From IMG/VR virus record IMGVR_UViG_3300039076_000082, positions 1-64,000 of that record: 64,000 nt of DNA. One strand, written 5' to 3'. The DNA comes from a virus (lineage: Duplodnaviria > Caudoviricetes). Below, in pieces: positions 55,901 to 64,000 of this stretch; position 1 is the stretch's first letter; the number at the start of each line of letters is the position of its first letter. The notes below the pieces were generated by a model that did not search any database, was not told where the DNA came from, and saw nothing but the letters and a program-made list of their open reading frames with translations. The position numbers were made by a program, and so were the translations under genes.

Positions 55901-57170
55901 CTACTGTGTAAAACCCTGCTAATGTAGATCTTAATCGTTGACTTGCTATATTAGATACATAAGCCTTACTTGACTCGTTACCAATTTGGATACCAATAAA
56001 AGTAAATCCTAGCAAAGAAGGATCGTCAGGAATTTCAGTAATAGTTCTAGCATTACCAAAATAGAAACAGTAATCAGTTTCATTCGTATGGACAATAAAG
56101 TATTTTTGAATATATAAAGAATCGGTTCCAGTAGTTATAGTCGTATTCGACCATCCAGCGCCAATATCTACAGCTAAACTACCAGTAGGAGAAGTTGCTC
56201 CACTAGAAACGCCTTCTTCTGTATTTGTAATAGTTAAAGTAGTACCATTCAGCGCTACAGAAATATTTACCATATCAGCGCCTATCATGGCTTCATATAA
56301 TACTGGTGCTACATTTTCATGGTTAGCTAGCCCTGAGATATCGACTCTTACATTAGTAAATCCTACTAAAGCTGGAGCTACCCCTGTTCCGTTATCGAAC
56401 CAATAAGCGTATTTGTCAACATCATTAGCATTATATACTAATAATATAGAGTCTGGATTAGTACCATTAGTTTCAAAAGTTAAATCTTTTCTAGCACACA
56501 CTACATTAGTAACGTGAGCGATAAAATCTTCATCAACTTTGAAAGTTAAATTTGTTTTTTCATAAGTAAAAATATCTTGGGAAGTATTAGTTACAACAAA
56601 ACGAGATGTAGGTGTACCTAATAGTAGATTATTATTTCTATCTTTTTTCCCAAATAATACTTTATAAGCTACTTTTGAAAGTGGAGGTAAGTACCCATTT
56701 GAAGTATATACGGTCTTTCCTGATACATCAATAGCTTCCGGTACTCCAGCATTTTGAATATACCCTACTTCAGTAGAAAAATCTTCAGCCGTCAATGCTG
56801 AAATTTTCTTTATACCGTCAGAAGTAGTAAAATATAGGTTACTATTTGCTTCAAGATATTTAATCCTAATGTCAGGATCAACTTCAAAATATGAACCGTC
56901 AAATTGATTAAAAGTATTATTGGCATAATACTCCAACATTCCATTAACTCTATGACGAATTGGAATATCTTTGTATTGTATTAATTGTCTAATACGTTCA
57001 GTAGACGATGGAACTAGGTCAGCAAAATCGTTAAACCCTCTTCTCTGAGTAATTACATTTGGCTCATCAATGTTGATATTATCACCAACGTAAATAGAAC
57101 CTTCCGGTTGAACAATTTCATTACCGTAAGTATATAGACCTTTCAATCTGATTGTATTAGAAAGACTCAT
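52923..57170 (-). CDS. Tail nozzle / DNA-stabilisation protein (P22 gp10 / T7 gp12-like) with large insertion
   Basis: 1415 aa; propeller-like segments (NRIYFSKLSQPEAVP, YLFILKTDGIYILSG, YNILERMWTRW); follows the adaptor. Confidence 0.75.
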   Translation of the reverse strand: MSLSNTIRLKGLYTYGNEIVQPEGSIYVGDNINIDEPNVITQRRGFNDFADLVPSSTERIRQLIQYKDIPIRHRVNGMLEYYANNTFNQFDGSYFEVDPDIRIKYLEANSNLYFTTSDGIKKISALTAEDFSTEVGYIQNAGVPEAIDVSGKTVYTSNGYLPPLSKVAYKVLFGKKDRNNNLLLGTPTSRFVVTNTSQDIFTYEKTNLTFKVDEDFIAHVTNVVCARKDLTFETNGTNPDSILLVYNANDVDKYAYWFDNGTGVAPALVGFTNVRVDISGLANHENVAPVLYEAMIGADMVNISVALNGTTLTITNTEEGVSSGATSPTGSLAVDIGAGWSNTTITTGTDSLYIQKYFIVHTNETDYCFYFGNARTITEIPDDPSLLGFTFIGIQIGNESSKAYVSNIASQRLRSTLAGFYTVELNTSGANPIISLTDITGGNIEDVEQGDLSTSTMEVTVLNQGEVTEGQNANVDVTFTVPNGIDSTFFYRIYRTPTITVTEGLTLADIDPGEECNLVYEGPVTVAPGTKITVTDITNETFRNSGEALYNNPISGEGILQSNDIPPVAKDICNYQGYTFYGNTKINHQQTVTAVSIDGIDSSSKYNIYKQGSSVVNSYGFRGTSSKETIVVGSYPKIHSLSEPDAKLRLYSANDETKYVVYFDDGTATTPTDIGFIPVKVQIEPSDLNYGDKFFSAIALLNDFDVVVNVIDNSENGPNTPASTPNGIATDFGAGWTLTRTESGLGEDLINGIALISKSASVGLKIERTIRSLINVINADPNGHTNGYYLSGVNDLPGKYILKARYSSSEKFYSVVDGIPSDNFNPELPTVTSNAFDSVTRIDANTVEIGYTTHGFSNNEEVFIGLSDATPSVENVFKINLIDANTFRISVATSSVANTNTYFFFPFESSDNLTTPNRIYFSKLSQPEAVPRINYIDVGTKDEAIERILALKDYLFILKTDGIYILSGRNASFSVEMLDTEKILCPDSAVVLNNQIYMLANNGVISANESTPMIISRMIEDKFQVSNKYRSLVRRQGFGVSYTDDRAYLLWLPESSKVEVCTEAYRYNILERMWTRWTKTATCGMVIDTGSSLMYIGDGDRPIVMQERKNLDRTDFSDKNFDIELGLDAFNYNRYRVSDITEIEVGDVISQIQYVNIDEYNRFLKKLDIDTGLNFTSFYNDYNCVTGQSLAPLLTAVNDKLVELDTSGNITSHVYNNSDWVDMQVQYNDLIDQLNMLTTVTAFKDYKYSEGTIEYEHVVIEVYPITSEVKLFDDTEFVIGNLRVYKRIKSIIQTNPISFGDASSFKQINQGYLLFDQNNFFKMLLEYKTDLSPSFEGSEFFGKGDGFWGSSTWGFENVNYWGGDGSDSPRRVIIPRNKQRCRYITVRITHSTARRVFRIVGVAHNVRQFSAKAYK

Positions 57171-58126
57171 TAAAAATTACCTCTTCTGCGACGAAAGTAT
57201 CCGTTGTTTTTAGAAAGAAACCCATGACGATTTTTTATCTTTCTAGGAGAACCTTCAACTCTATCATCCAATAGCTTCTGAACAGACATTTCCATCTGCT
57301 TTAACTTACCTCTAGCTAGATTTAAGTTTTCAGCATCCCCCATTGCTTCTAAAATATAGACAGCAGCTCTTTGAGCTAAGACAGGATGAAGTTCTGTTGG
57401 AACATTTGGATAAGGACTTGTTTCAGGGAAACAAACCCAATCACCTTGTGTCAATCTTACCGGAATAGATGAAGGATCGACTGTTATAGTTCTAGTAGAT
57501 ATACTAACACTTTGTACGGAAATGTCAAATGCTAATATCTTATTTGGCGTTTTATTTTGAACAAAGTCTAACTCAGCCAATGAAGTAAAGTTCTGAGGTA
57601 TAGAATTAAATTGAATTATCCCAGTATTTCTATCAATAGACGCAATTTGCGCACAAGTATCCTCTTTAACTATTACATTTGGACGTAAGTAATAGTACAT
57701 TCTCACATTACCGCCCATAGAAGCATTAGGTAAAATTACAATTTCGTCACCTTCTACATAAAATAAACGACTTGATCCATAATTACCGTAAATATTTCTA
57801 TAATCGGATAATTCTTCTAAGTTAGTTCTACTCATCTCATAAACTACGTTTCCTGAAATAAGAGAAATATCACGAAGTTTTGTACCTACCGCTCTAGAAG
57901 GAATAACCATTCTAACAGGATCACCTGTGATAGTATTAGGTCTATCTGTATAAGTAACTAGATGTTCTTCATTTAAAGTTAATAACGTATCCAAAAGTCC
58001 TACGTCAATCTCTTCGTTAAGAATTTCCAATATAGCATCGTCATTGTAAACGCTAGAATCATCAGGAATCATTGCTCGATTTCTTACCGACTCAATAAGT
58101 TTAGTTGCTATTAAATTTCTTGCCAT
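57170..58126 (-). CDS. Head-to-tail adaptor/gatekeeper protein
   Basis: LI.SVR.RA.IP....Y....IL...N; P..P.ELH..L...A; synteny. Confidence 0.7.
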   Translation of the reverse strand: MARNLIATKLIESVRNRAMIPDDSSVYNDDAILEILNEEIDVGLLDTLLTLNEEHLVTYTDRPNTITGDPVRMVIPSRAVGTKLRDISLISGNVVYEMSRTNLEELSDYRNIYGNYGSSRLFYVEGDEIVILPNASMGGNVRMYYYLRPNVIVKEDTCAQIASIDRNTGIIQFNSIPQNFTSLAELDFVQNKTPNKILAFDISVQSVSISTRTITVDPSSIPVRLTQGDWVCFPETSPYPNVPTELHPVLAQRAAVYILEAMGDAENLNLARGKLKQMEMSVQKLLDDRVEGSPRKIKNRHGFLSKNNGYFRRRRGNF

Positions 58127-58136
58127 TATAGGCTCC

Positions 58137-58442
58137 TTAGTATTCTGACTCTTCGTCTCTCATTTTCTTAATGCAATCGATTAACTCTTCTCTACTCATC
58201 ATAGCTAGAGCTTCGTCGCTGTAGTCTTTTTCTTCAGACTCACCTTCCATTTCCATATCTTCTGACTCGGATTCCATTTCTCCACCAAGTTTAGATTCCA
58301 TAATATCTTCAGCTTTTTCTAAGCCTTCCATCAGCCCTTCTTCACTATCAGCCATTACTGATACTTTTTTAACTGGAACTTCGTCACCTACTGTTCTTAA
58401 ATTTTTCCTAAGTGAAGCAAGTGCGTTTTTTCTCATATTCAT
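58137..58442 (-). CDS. Small acidic (E/M-rich) protein
   Basis: 101 aa, GAGGAG SD. Confidence 0.65.
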   Translation of the reverse strand: MNMRKNALASLRKNLRTVGDEVPVKKVSVMADSEEGLMEGLEKAEDIMESKLGGEMESESEDMEMEGESEEKDYSDEALAMMSREELIDCIKKMRDEESEY

Positions 58443-59305
58443 TATTGTTCTCCTCTTTGTTGAGCTAACATTTCAATAGCTCGTCTTCGTTGTTCGTATG
58501 ATTTCGTAGGATCTTCTACTATTGATTCGGGACTATTACTTTCAGGACCTAAGTTATCTGCATCACCGACTAAAGGTAGACTAGCTTGAGTAGCGGCTGA
58601 AACATCACCAGTAGTAGCTAATGTTATTCCACCAGCTATTGCTGGACCTAAAACAGGTATTCCTTTCATTACTTTTTTAAAATCACCAGAAGCTACTCCT
58701 AGAGCGTTCTTCAATGAAGAAGTCATTTTAGAATTAGGATTCAAATGACCATGTTGCATGATCTCATGTCCAGCCAATGCTCCTAATTTGTTTAGTTGAT
58801 TTCCTCTAGCGCTAATTCCTTTTTCTTTCATTAAAGCTTCTTTAGCTTTATTCATGATATTATCTTTTACAGATTCTCCACCTTCAGCGTTTACCATCTG
58901 ATGGATAGGTTCGTGAGCGACAAGTCCCTTAGCTACATATAAACCGTTATTTGGGTCTTTTATATAGTTTTTACTAGCTTCTAATCCTTTTGTATTAGGA
59001 TTAAAATAACCATAAGCTTTAGGATCTTCAATCAATGACCAATTTGGGTCAGCTACATCAGTATATTGTTCCGTAAGTCTATTTAGAGTGTCAATAATTT
59101 GCTTGTCATTATCCATTTTAATAGGTATAGAAGTATTTTTGAACATTTCACTACCTACAAACTGGTCGAGTAAATCTCTAGTTTGTCTTGAGTTATCTAA
59201 ATTATCAGAACCATACTGAATCAAATCGTCGATATTAGCATCAGGTCCTTCATCTCTGAGTCTCTTGGCTAATTCTTTAAATAATTGTTCTCTTTTATCT
59301 GCCAT
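58442..59305 (-). CDS. Putative Zn-metallopeptidase-like (HExxH) protein with shared C-terminal module
   Basis: GYFNP...LVAHEPIH; C-terminus paralogous to 59960-60475. Confidence 0.6.
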   Translation of the reverse strand: MADKREQLFKELAKRLRDEGPDANIDDLIQYGSDNLDNSRQTRDLLDQFVGSEMFKNTSIPIKMDNDKQIIDTLNRLTEQYTDVADPNWSLIEDPKAYGYFNPNTKGLEASKNYIKDPNNGLYVAKGLVAHEPIHQMVNAEGGESVKDNIMNKAKEALMKEKGISARGNQLNKLGALAGHEIMQHGHLNPNSKMTSSLKNALGVASGDFKKVMKGIPVLGPAIAGGITLATTGDVSAATQASLPLVGDADNLGPESNSPESIVEDPTKSYEQRRRAIEMLAQQRGEQ

Positions 59306-59306
59306 T

Positions 59307-59960
59307 TTATGCCTTAACTACTCGAAATAAAGGAAATTCATCTTTTTCTTTGTTAAAGTAAATTTTTCTCATTTCAAATATAAAATTATCACCATACACC
59401 TTTTTCAATCTATTGTCAACATATTTTTTTATTAAATTATTAATAAAAGTATTAGGTAATGTTCTTAATTCTGTGTTATATATTAACTTAGAGCTAGTAT
59501 CTTCTTTTCTACCACTTAAAGTTTCTATTAAATTTATAATATAAAATGGTAAAAACAAATAAGATAGCTTAGATTCTGCATATTGACCCCAAGCGTAATA
59601 GTTTGCTAAATTAAAAGGTAGATAATCTGACCAATGCTCTACTACAGAAGGGTATGCGCCAAAATTAGCCTTTAGTTGCTCCCATATTTCAAATCTATGG
59701 GTAGTTTTAAGCGCGTAGCTAGATGCTAACATACCAGTAAGTTCATCATTACTTACGCTTCTTTTATTATGGTTAGCGGAACGTCTATACATTCCGTTAG
59801 GTAGTCTAGCATTTTTCATTTTAAGATTAAAAATCTGTAATGCTTTCCAAGTAGGTTTATCTGCTATATAATGAGCTAGAAACAATCCACCGTTCTCAGT
59901 TCCCGGATCTGCTTCCGTTACTAGTCCAAAAATTTCAGAAAAATATTCAAACTTTTCCAT
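59307..59960 (-). CDS. Hypothetical helical protein
   Basis: 217 aa; G...R.......S.D...G pattern. Confidence 0.7.
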   Translation of the reverse strand: MEKFEYFSEIFGLVTEADPGTENGGLFLAHYIADKPTWKALQIFNLKMKNARLPNGMYRRSANHNKRSVSNDELTGMLASSYALKTTHRFEIWEQLKANFGAYPSVVEHWSDYLPFNLANYYAWGQYAESKLSYLFLPFYIINLIETLSGRKEDTSSKLIYNTELRTLPNTFINNLIKKYVDNRLKKVYGDNFIFEMRKIYFNKEKDEFPLFRVVKA

Positions 59961-60475
59961 TATTTCCTTCTTGATAGAATAATGCGTTCTTCATCAGTTA
60001 AAGGTTCACCAGACTCTAATTTTTGCTCAATAGAGCCTACTTGAGGACCAAGAGGATTAGCCTCATTCAATAGAGGAGAAGCTTCGTTTAATGAAGCATT
60101 AGCGTCACCAGTAGCCATATAAGTAAGTCCACCAGCCAACATAGGTCCTAATAAAGGAATAGATTTTAAACCTTTTTTACCAATACTCGCAACATCTTCA
60201 GCACCTTTAGCTAATTTAGAAGCATTTCTAGCATTTAAGATAGATTGTATCTTATCTTTAAAAGCATTTCCTGTAATTGTTTTCATGGGAGTTTTAGTAT
60301 CAATAACATCAGTTGCATTACCGATAACCTTTTTAGCTTCAGGTACTAATTTCTCACCCTTAGCTAACATATTCTCGCCTTCTAACGGAGAAACATAGCC
60401 TCCAGCTTTCACTGGAGACTGTTTCAATTCGTTCATCTTTCTTCTAAATTCTAAAACTCTGTCAATAGAGTCCAT
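59960..60475 (-). CDS. Hypothetical protein with shared C-terminal module
   Basis: KSIPLLGPMLAGGLT..TGD...PL...LGP. Confidence 0.7.
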   Translation of the reverse strand: MDSIDRVLEFRRKMNELKQSPVKAGGYVSPLEGENMLAKGEKLVPEAKKVIGNATDVIDTKTPMKTITGNAFKDKIQSILNARNASKLAKGAEDVASIGKKGLKSIPLLGPMLAGGLTYMATGDANASLNEASPLLNEANPLGPQVGSIEQKLESGEPLTDEERIILSRRK

Positions 60476-60484
60476 AAATACCTC

Positions 60485-62410
60485 TTACAATAAGAATTTC
60501 TTAACGTCAGCTCTCATTGTAGCACCTTCTGTACTACTTGTATAGTTAAGAATCATATTACCGCCTGAAATAATAGCATCAAAGCTGATGTGGAGGTTTG
60601 TACTTGATCCATGAGACTCTTGAATAAATGCATTAGTTCCGTCTGTAATTAGACGAATTGTACCAATACGAGTAGCGTTACTTGCATTTTTCATCTTATA
60701 TGTAATTTCTACTGCATCGTAAGTAGCAATAGGGAAAGTAAAACTTGCAATAGAAGCGTTAGTTTGACTTGCGGCTAAAGCTACTGCGTGAACATATTCT
60801 TCTTCGACAAAGTTAGACTTAGAGGCTTGTTTAGCACGTTTAACCGATACTTGACCAGCTAGAACTACATCTGAAGTAGACGACTCTATAGCATTAGCTA
60901 ATACGTCTAAGTTACCACCTAATTCTGGAGTAGTATCTTCAACTACGTTCTTCAAGAAACCTTGTGAGTTAACATAAGTTTTAATTGAAGAAACTGAAGG
61001 AGCTTGATCTGTTTCATTTCCAGCAGTACTATTAACTACAGCGGCAGTTCTAGCTCTAGAATCTGTATAATAAAGATTTGAGCCTTCTGGAATATCACTA
61101 GTAGTTAAAGATTTAGCAATAAATTCACCACCAGCATCGTAAGCAAGAACTTGCCCATTTGTACCAGCAGGTAACTCATCTTGTTTTAAATCAAGTTGTG
61201 ATTTATTAACTGCATCTGTAGAAGCAGTACCAACAGCAAGATTGGTAATTTTCTTACTAGAAACGTCAACGCTTGTCGCTGGATTTAATGTAATAGCTCC
61301 AGAAGAAACAGAAATACTAGTAGGAACAGAAGAAGCAATACTTCCACTAGAAAATACTGTATTACCAGTAGTTAAAGATACTGCATTAACAATATCATTA
61401 CCACCTAAATCCAAATCTCCTGTCATTGCAACAGAACCGTCTTTTTTCAAATAATCAGCCAATTGAGCTTCAACAGCCGCTACTTCAGCATCTACATAAG
61501 TAATATCAGCTTTTAAATCTAGAGCCGCTTGTGTAGCTGTGGAAATAGGTTTATCTGCATCGGAAGTATTGTCTACTTGGTCTAGTCCAATATCAGCTTT
61601 AGTTAATACTACTACTCCAGTATATCCGTTTACAGACATTACTATGTTAGAGTTAGTAGATTTTTGCCAAATAGATCCGTTATAAACTACCCAATCCCCT
61701 ACAGCAAAAGTAATCGCTCCAGAACCTAAGTTTTGAGTTCCAGCAACACTTACTAGATATACCATACCAGCATCACCAACACCATCCGCTAGAGTTGGAG
61801 AGTTTGTACTAGCGTCCCAAGTTCCTTCGTAAGTCATAACTGCTGAAGGTAGTTGGTTTACTGGAATTTTACCTGCACCGTCAAGAGTTGCAACACCATT
61901 TGGAGCAGCTTTTTGTGTTAAAGGGATAAGTAAAGCGTCAGCCGCTTGTCTATCTGAAATTTCTTGGTCTAAAGCGGTTTGATCTGCTTTATCTGCTAAT
62001 AGTAAGTCAGTCTCAGTTTTTGTATAGTAATCAGTTAGGTCAATTGTAGCAATTTCAGCAGCAACATAATCCTTAACAGATTGTACTGATGGAGCTTGGT
62101 CAATTTGACTACCTGCCATTGAATTTACTACTACTGCATTTCTAGCTCTAGTGACAGTAAAGTATTGGTTAGTCGCACCTTCTTCAATATCATCAGTTGT
62201 AAGAGTTGCGATGATATTATCAATTTCAGCTTTAGTATAGTAATTAGCTAATTCTGATAAATTAACTTTTACTTCCCAAACATCATTCTCTCTAAAATAA
62301 ATGACGCTGTCAGTAGAATTATAGTACATTGTACCATTTTCTGGACTTGACGGTGCTGAAGGTAAACTACCTAATGTTAATGCCTGATCTAATTTTTGCG
62401 TAATTTTCAT
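60485..62410 (-). CDS. Tail fibre/spike protein
   Basis: GVATLDGAGKIP, GTWDASTN...GDWVVYNG, KITNLAVGT...DAVNK.QL, internal repeats. Confidence 0.8.
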   Translation of the reverse strand: MKITQKLDQALTLGSLPSAPSSPENGTMYYNSTDSVIYFRENDVWEVKVNLSELANYYTKAEIDNIIATLTTDDIEEGATNQYFTVTRARNAVVVNSMAGSQIDQAPSVQSVKDYVAAEIATIDLTDYYTKTETDLLLADKADQTALDQEISDRQAADALLIPLTQKAAPNGVATLDGAGKIPVNQLPSAVMTYEGTWDASTNSPTLADGVGDAGMVYLVSVAGTQNLGSGAITFAVGDWVVYNGSIWQKSTNSNIVMSVNGYTGVVVLTKADIGLDQVDNTSDADKPISTATQAALDLKADITYVDAEVAAVEAQLADYLKKDGSVAMTGDLDLGGNDIVNAVSLTTGNTVFSSGSIASSVPTSISVSSGAITLNPATSVDVSSKKITNLAVGTASTDAVNKSQLDLKQDELPAGTNGQVLAYDAGGEFIAKSLTTSDIPEGSNLYYTDSRARTAAVVNSTAGNETDQAPSVSSIKTYVNSQGFLKNVVEDTTPELGGNLDVLANAIESSTSDVVLAGQVSVKRAKQASKSNFVEEEYVHAVALAASQTNASIASFTFPIATYDAVEITYKMKNASNATRIGTIRLITDGTNAFIQESHGSSTNLHISFDAIISGGNMILNYTSSTEGATMRADVKKFLL

Positions 62411-62431
62411 TTTCTATTTTCCTCGTTGTTG

Positions 62432-63019
62432 TTATAACCATCTTTCGACGGAGTATTTAAAAATTCCTGACTGTCCTGTATCATTGCTAGTATATTCTAA
62501 GTAAACATTTCCCGGAGCTAATCTTACATCAATTTTAACTTCTAGATGAGATATGCCCTGTGTTCCATTTCCAGTATCTCCTGAAAATTCAAAACATCTT
62601 GCTACTGAGTTATTATGTGTAATAAATATTTTACCAATTCTAACTTCTCCACCTCTTTCAAGAGAGTAAGTTACTTCAAAAAATTTATAAGTAGAATCAA
62701 ATACTGCTAAATTAGAAGGAGTCGTTTGACCGTTTGCTACATTTATAGGGGTCATTAGACCACTTCGTACTTGATTACCTACTTTAAGTTCATTGGTTGC
62801 TGGATTCCAAGTAAACTCAGCAAATCCATTAAATAAATTACCAGTTCTTCTTACTTGAACAGAGTTTATTGGTCCACCGGGTTCACCAGTTCCACCAGTT
62901 CCACCACCACCTTCTAGATACCATTCCAACATATCTAAAACTAATGTTGAAGATTCTCTATTAGGTATTGCTGATCTAATGTAAGCTTCTACCGTATTAT
63001 CTATATTCTCGTATGCCAT
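62432..63019 (-). CDS. Tail-associated protein sharing its C-terminal beta domain with the fibre
   Basis: GG..NSVQ...F.G..FTW; EVTY...RIG.I... Confidence 0.65.
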   Translation of the reverse strand: MAYENIDNTVEAYIRSAIPNRESSTLVLDMLEWYLEGGGGTGGTGEPGGPINSVQVRRTGNLFNGFAEFTWNPATNELKVGNQVRSGLMTPINVANGQTTPSNLAVFDSTYKFFEVTYSLERGGEVRIGKIFITHNNSVARCFEFSGDTGNGTQGISHLEVKIDVRLAPGNVYLEYTSNDTGQSGIFKYSVERWL

Positions 63020-63020
63020 T

Positions 63021-63587
63021 TTATGCACTAACTCCTGTTATTTTTAAGTAAACAATAACTGGTAAGTTATTGTCAATATTTCGATTTTTTATTGCTATTA
63101 TTATTTGATCTTCAACAACGCTATCTATATAGACTGTAGGAATTTGCTCAAAATCTTTGTTAATTTTTCTAACACTTACTTGTATATCGCAATTCTCCAA
63201 ATTTTCAAATAAACTAATGCAATGTTCATGACCACTTCTGGTAATATTAAAAGTACAACATGATGAACTTGTATTAATTTTACAACTATAAGTTCTTATA
63301 TTAGTAGAAGGTATTATCTCTTTGTTATCAATCGAGCTGACATAGCTAATAGGACCAAATACACAATCGCATAAATTATTTTTTCTCTCTTGTTCATAAG
63401 AATCTTGTTCTATTGTACACATTTCTAAATATTGGTCATATTCGCTTTGTGTAACTACTTTCCAACCGTTTGCAATATACTCTTGTACCTGTTCATCCTG
63501 TATCTCTTCCATTTGCCAAGGAGTTAAACTTAGCACAGTAGAAGTATTTGCTGGATTACTAGAATAAGGCTTAAATGCTATCATCAT
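63021..63587 (-). CDS. Hypothetical (possible fibre-assembly) protein
   Basis: ATG 63587 just after the upstream stop. Confidence 0.55.
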   Translation of the reverse strand: MMIAFKPYSSNPANTSTVLSLTPWQMEEIQDEQVQEYIANGWKVVTQSEYDQYLEMCTIEQDSYEQERKNNLCDCVFGPISYVSSIDNKEIIPSTNIRTYSCKINTSSSCCTFNITRSGHEHCISLFENLENCDIQVSVRKINKDFEQIPTVYIDSVVEDQIIIAIKNRNIDNNLPVIVYLKITGVSA

Positions 63588-63589
63588 AA

Positions 63590-64000
63590 CTAATCCATTA
63601 GCTCCAGAATACCAATAGAGCCTATTCTGCAAGATACCTGAGAACCATTAATCTCCGACCTAAACTGAGGGAAGAAATTTCCTGATACTGTAGGCTTTAC
63701 TACTCCCGATATAATAGCAACATAAGTTGTATTTATCGCTTGTACTCCAGTTCCTATTACTAAATCTCCCGAAGAAGTAACCTGACCTTGAATAGCTCCA
63801 GCAGCTCCGTCATTACCTACCGGAATATCAACGCTAGCGCTTATTAAACCAGCAGGACAAGATAATGTTAACGCTATACCAGTATTAGCCGAAGCATTAG
63901 ACTGAAATAGTATTTTATATTCAAAAGAGTAAGTTTTATTTGCTTGTAAAACAAAGTTTAATTCGTTTATATTAGACAATGTAGCGTTTGAATTGTTAGT
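63590..64000 (-). CDS. C-terminal part of a tail-fibre-like protein (continues beyond window)
   Basis: Frame open to the window edge (TNNSNATLSNINELNF...); beta-rich. Confidence 0.6.
   Translation of the reverse strand, partial: TNNSNATLSNINELNFVLQANKTYSFEYKILFQSNASANTGIALTLSCPAGLISASVDIPVGNDGAAGAIQGQVTSSGDLVIGTGVQAINTTYVAIISGVVKPTVSGNFFPQFRSEINGSQVSCRIGSIGILELMD

Noticed and set aside
45669-61454. + strand ORFs inside the structural module (45669, 47329, 51169, 52339, 52700, 61242)
   Set aside because: Shadow ORFs of the long - strand genes
1-64000. Alternative genetic code, DGR/retron, or integration module
   Set aside because: TAA, TAG and TGA all end conserved genes properly; no reverse transcriptase, integrase or att-like site recognised

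Overview
AT-rich fragment of a lytic-looking dsDNA tailed phage with podovirus-type morphogenesis genes. No integrase, CRISPR array, reverse transcriptase, terminase, portal or capsid gene is visible in the window. Layout: (1) 240-1550 is a control/origin-like region with one divergent gene. (2) 1.5-7.5 kb is an early region of promoter-gene cassettes sharing a palindromic operator-like motif; it encodes several host-like fragments (cold-shock, beta-clamp, Fis-HTH and PhaR-like) plus DenV. (3) 7.5-45.3 kb on the + strand holds recombination, replication, RNA-repair, nucleotide and protease genes: PD-(D/E)XK nuclease, ERF, SF4 helicase, AEP primase, family B DNA polymerase, HD-Pnk, DRB0094-type RNA ligase, three Pol-beta-like nucleotidyltransferases, dNMP kinase, T5 A1-like nuclease, ClpP, AAA+/M41 fusion, RusA and a trypsin-like lipoprotein. 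This stretch also has seven HNH/GIY-YIG endonuclease genes, one atypical tRNA (GUG) and three promoter-proximal structured non-coding elements. (4) 45.3-64 kb on the - strand holds ejection proteins, tail nozzle, adaptor and fibres. The best candidates for new biology are the ncRNA/tRNA-mimic plus RNA-repair module (27.4-32.3 kb), the minimal beta-clamp and SSB-tail mimics, an unannotated MbcA/Xre-like antitoxin with an ATA start, and a paralogous pair of late proteins with a shared C-terminal module. All protein calls come from visual motif recognition; no database searches or folding programs were run.
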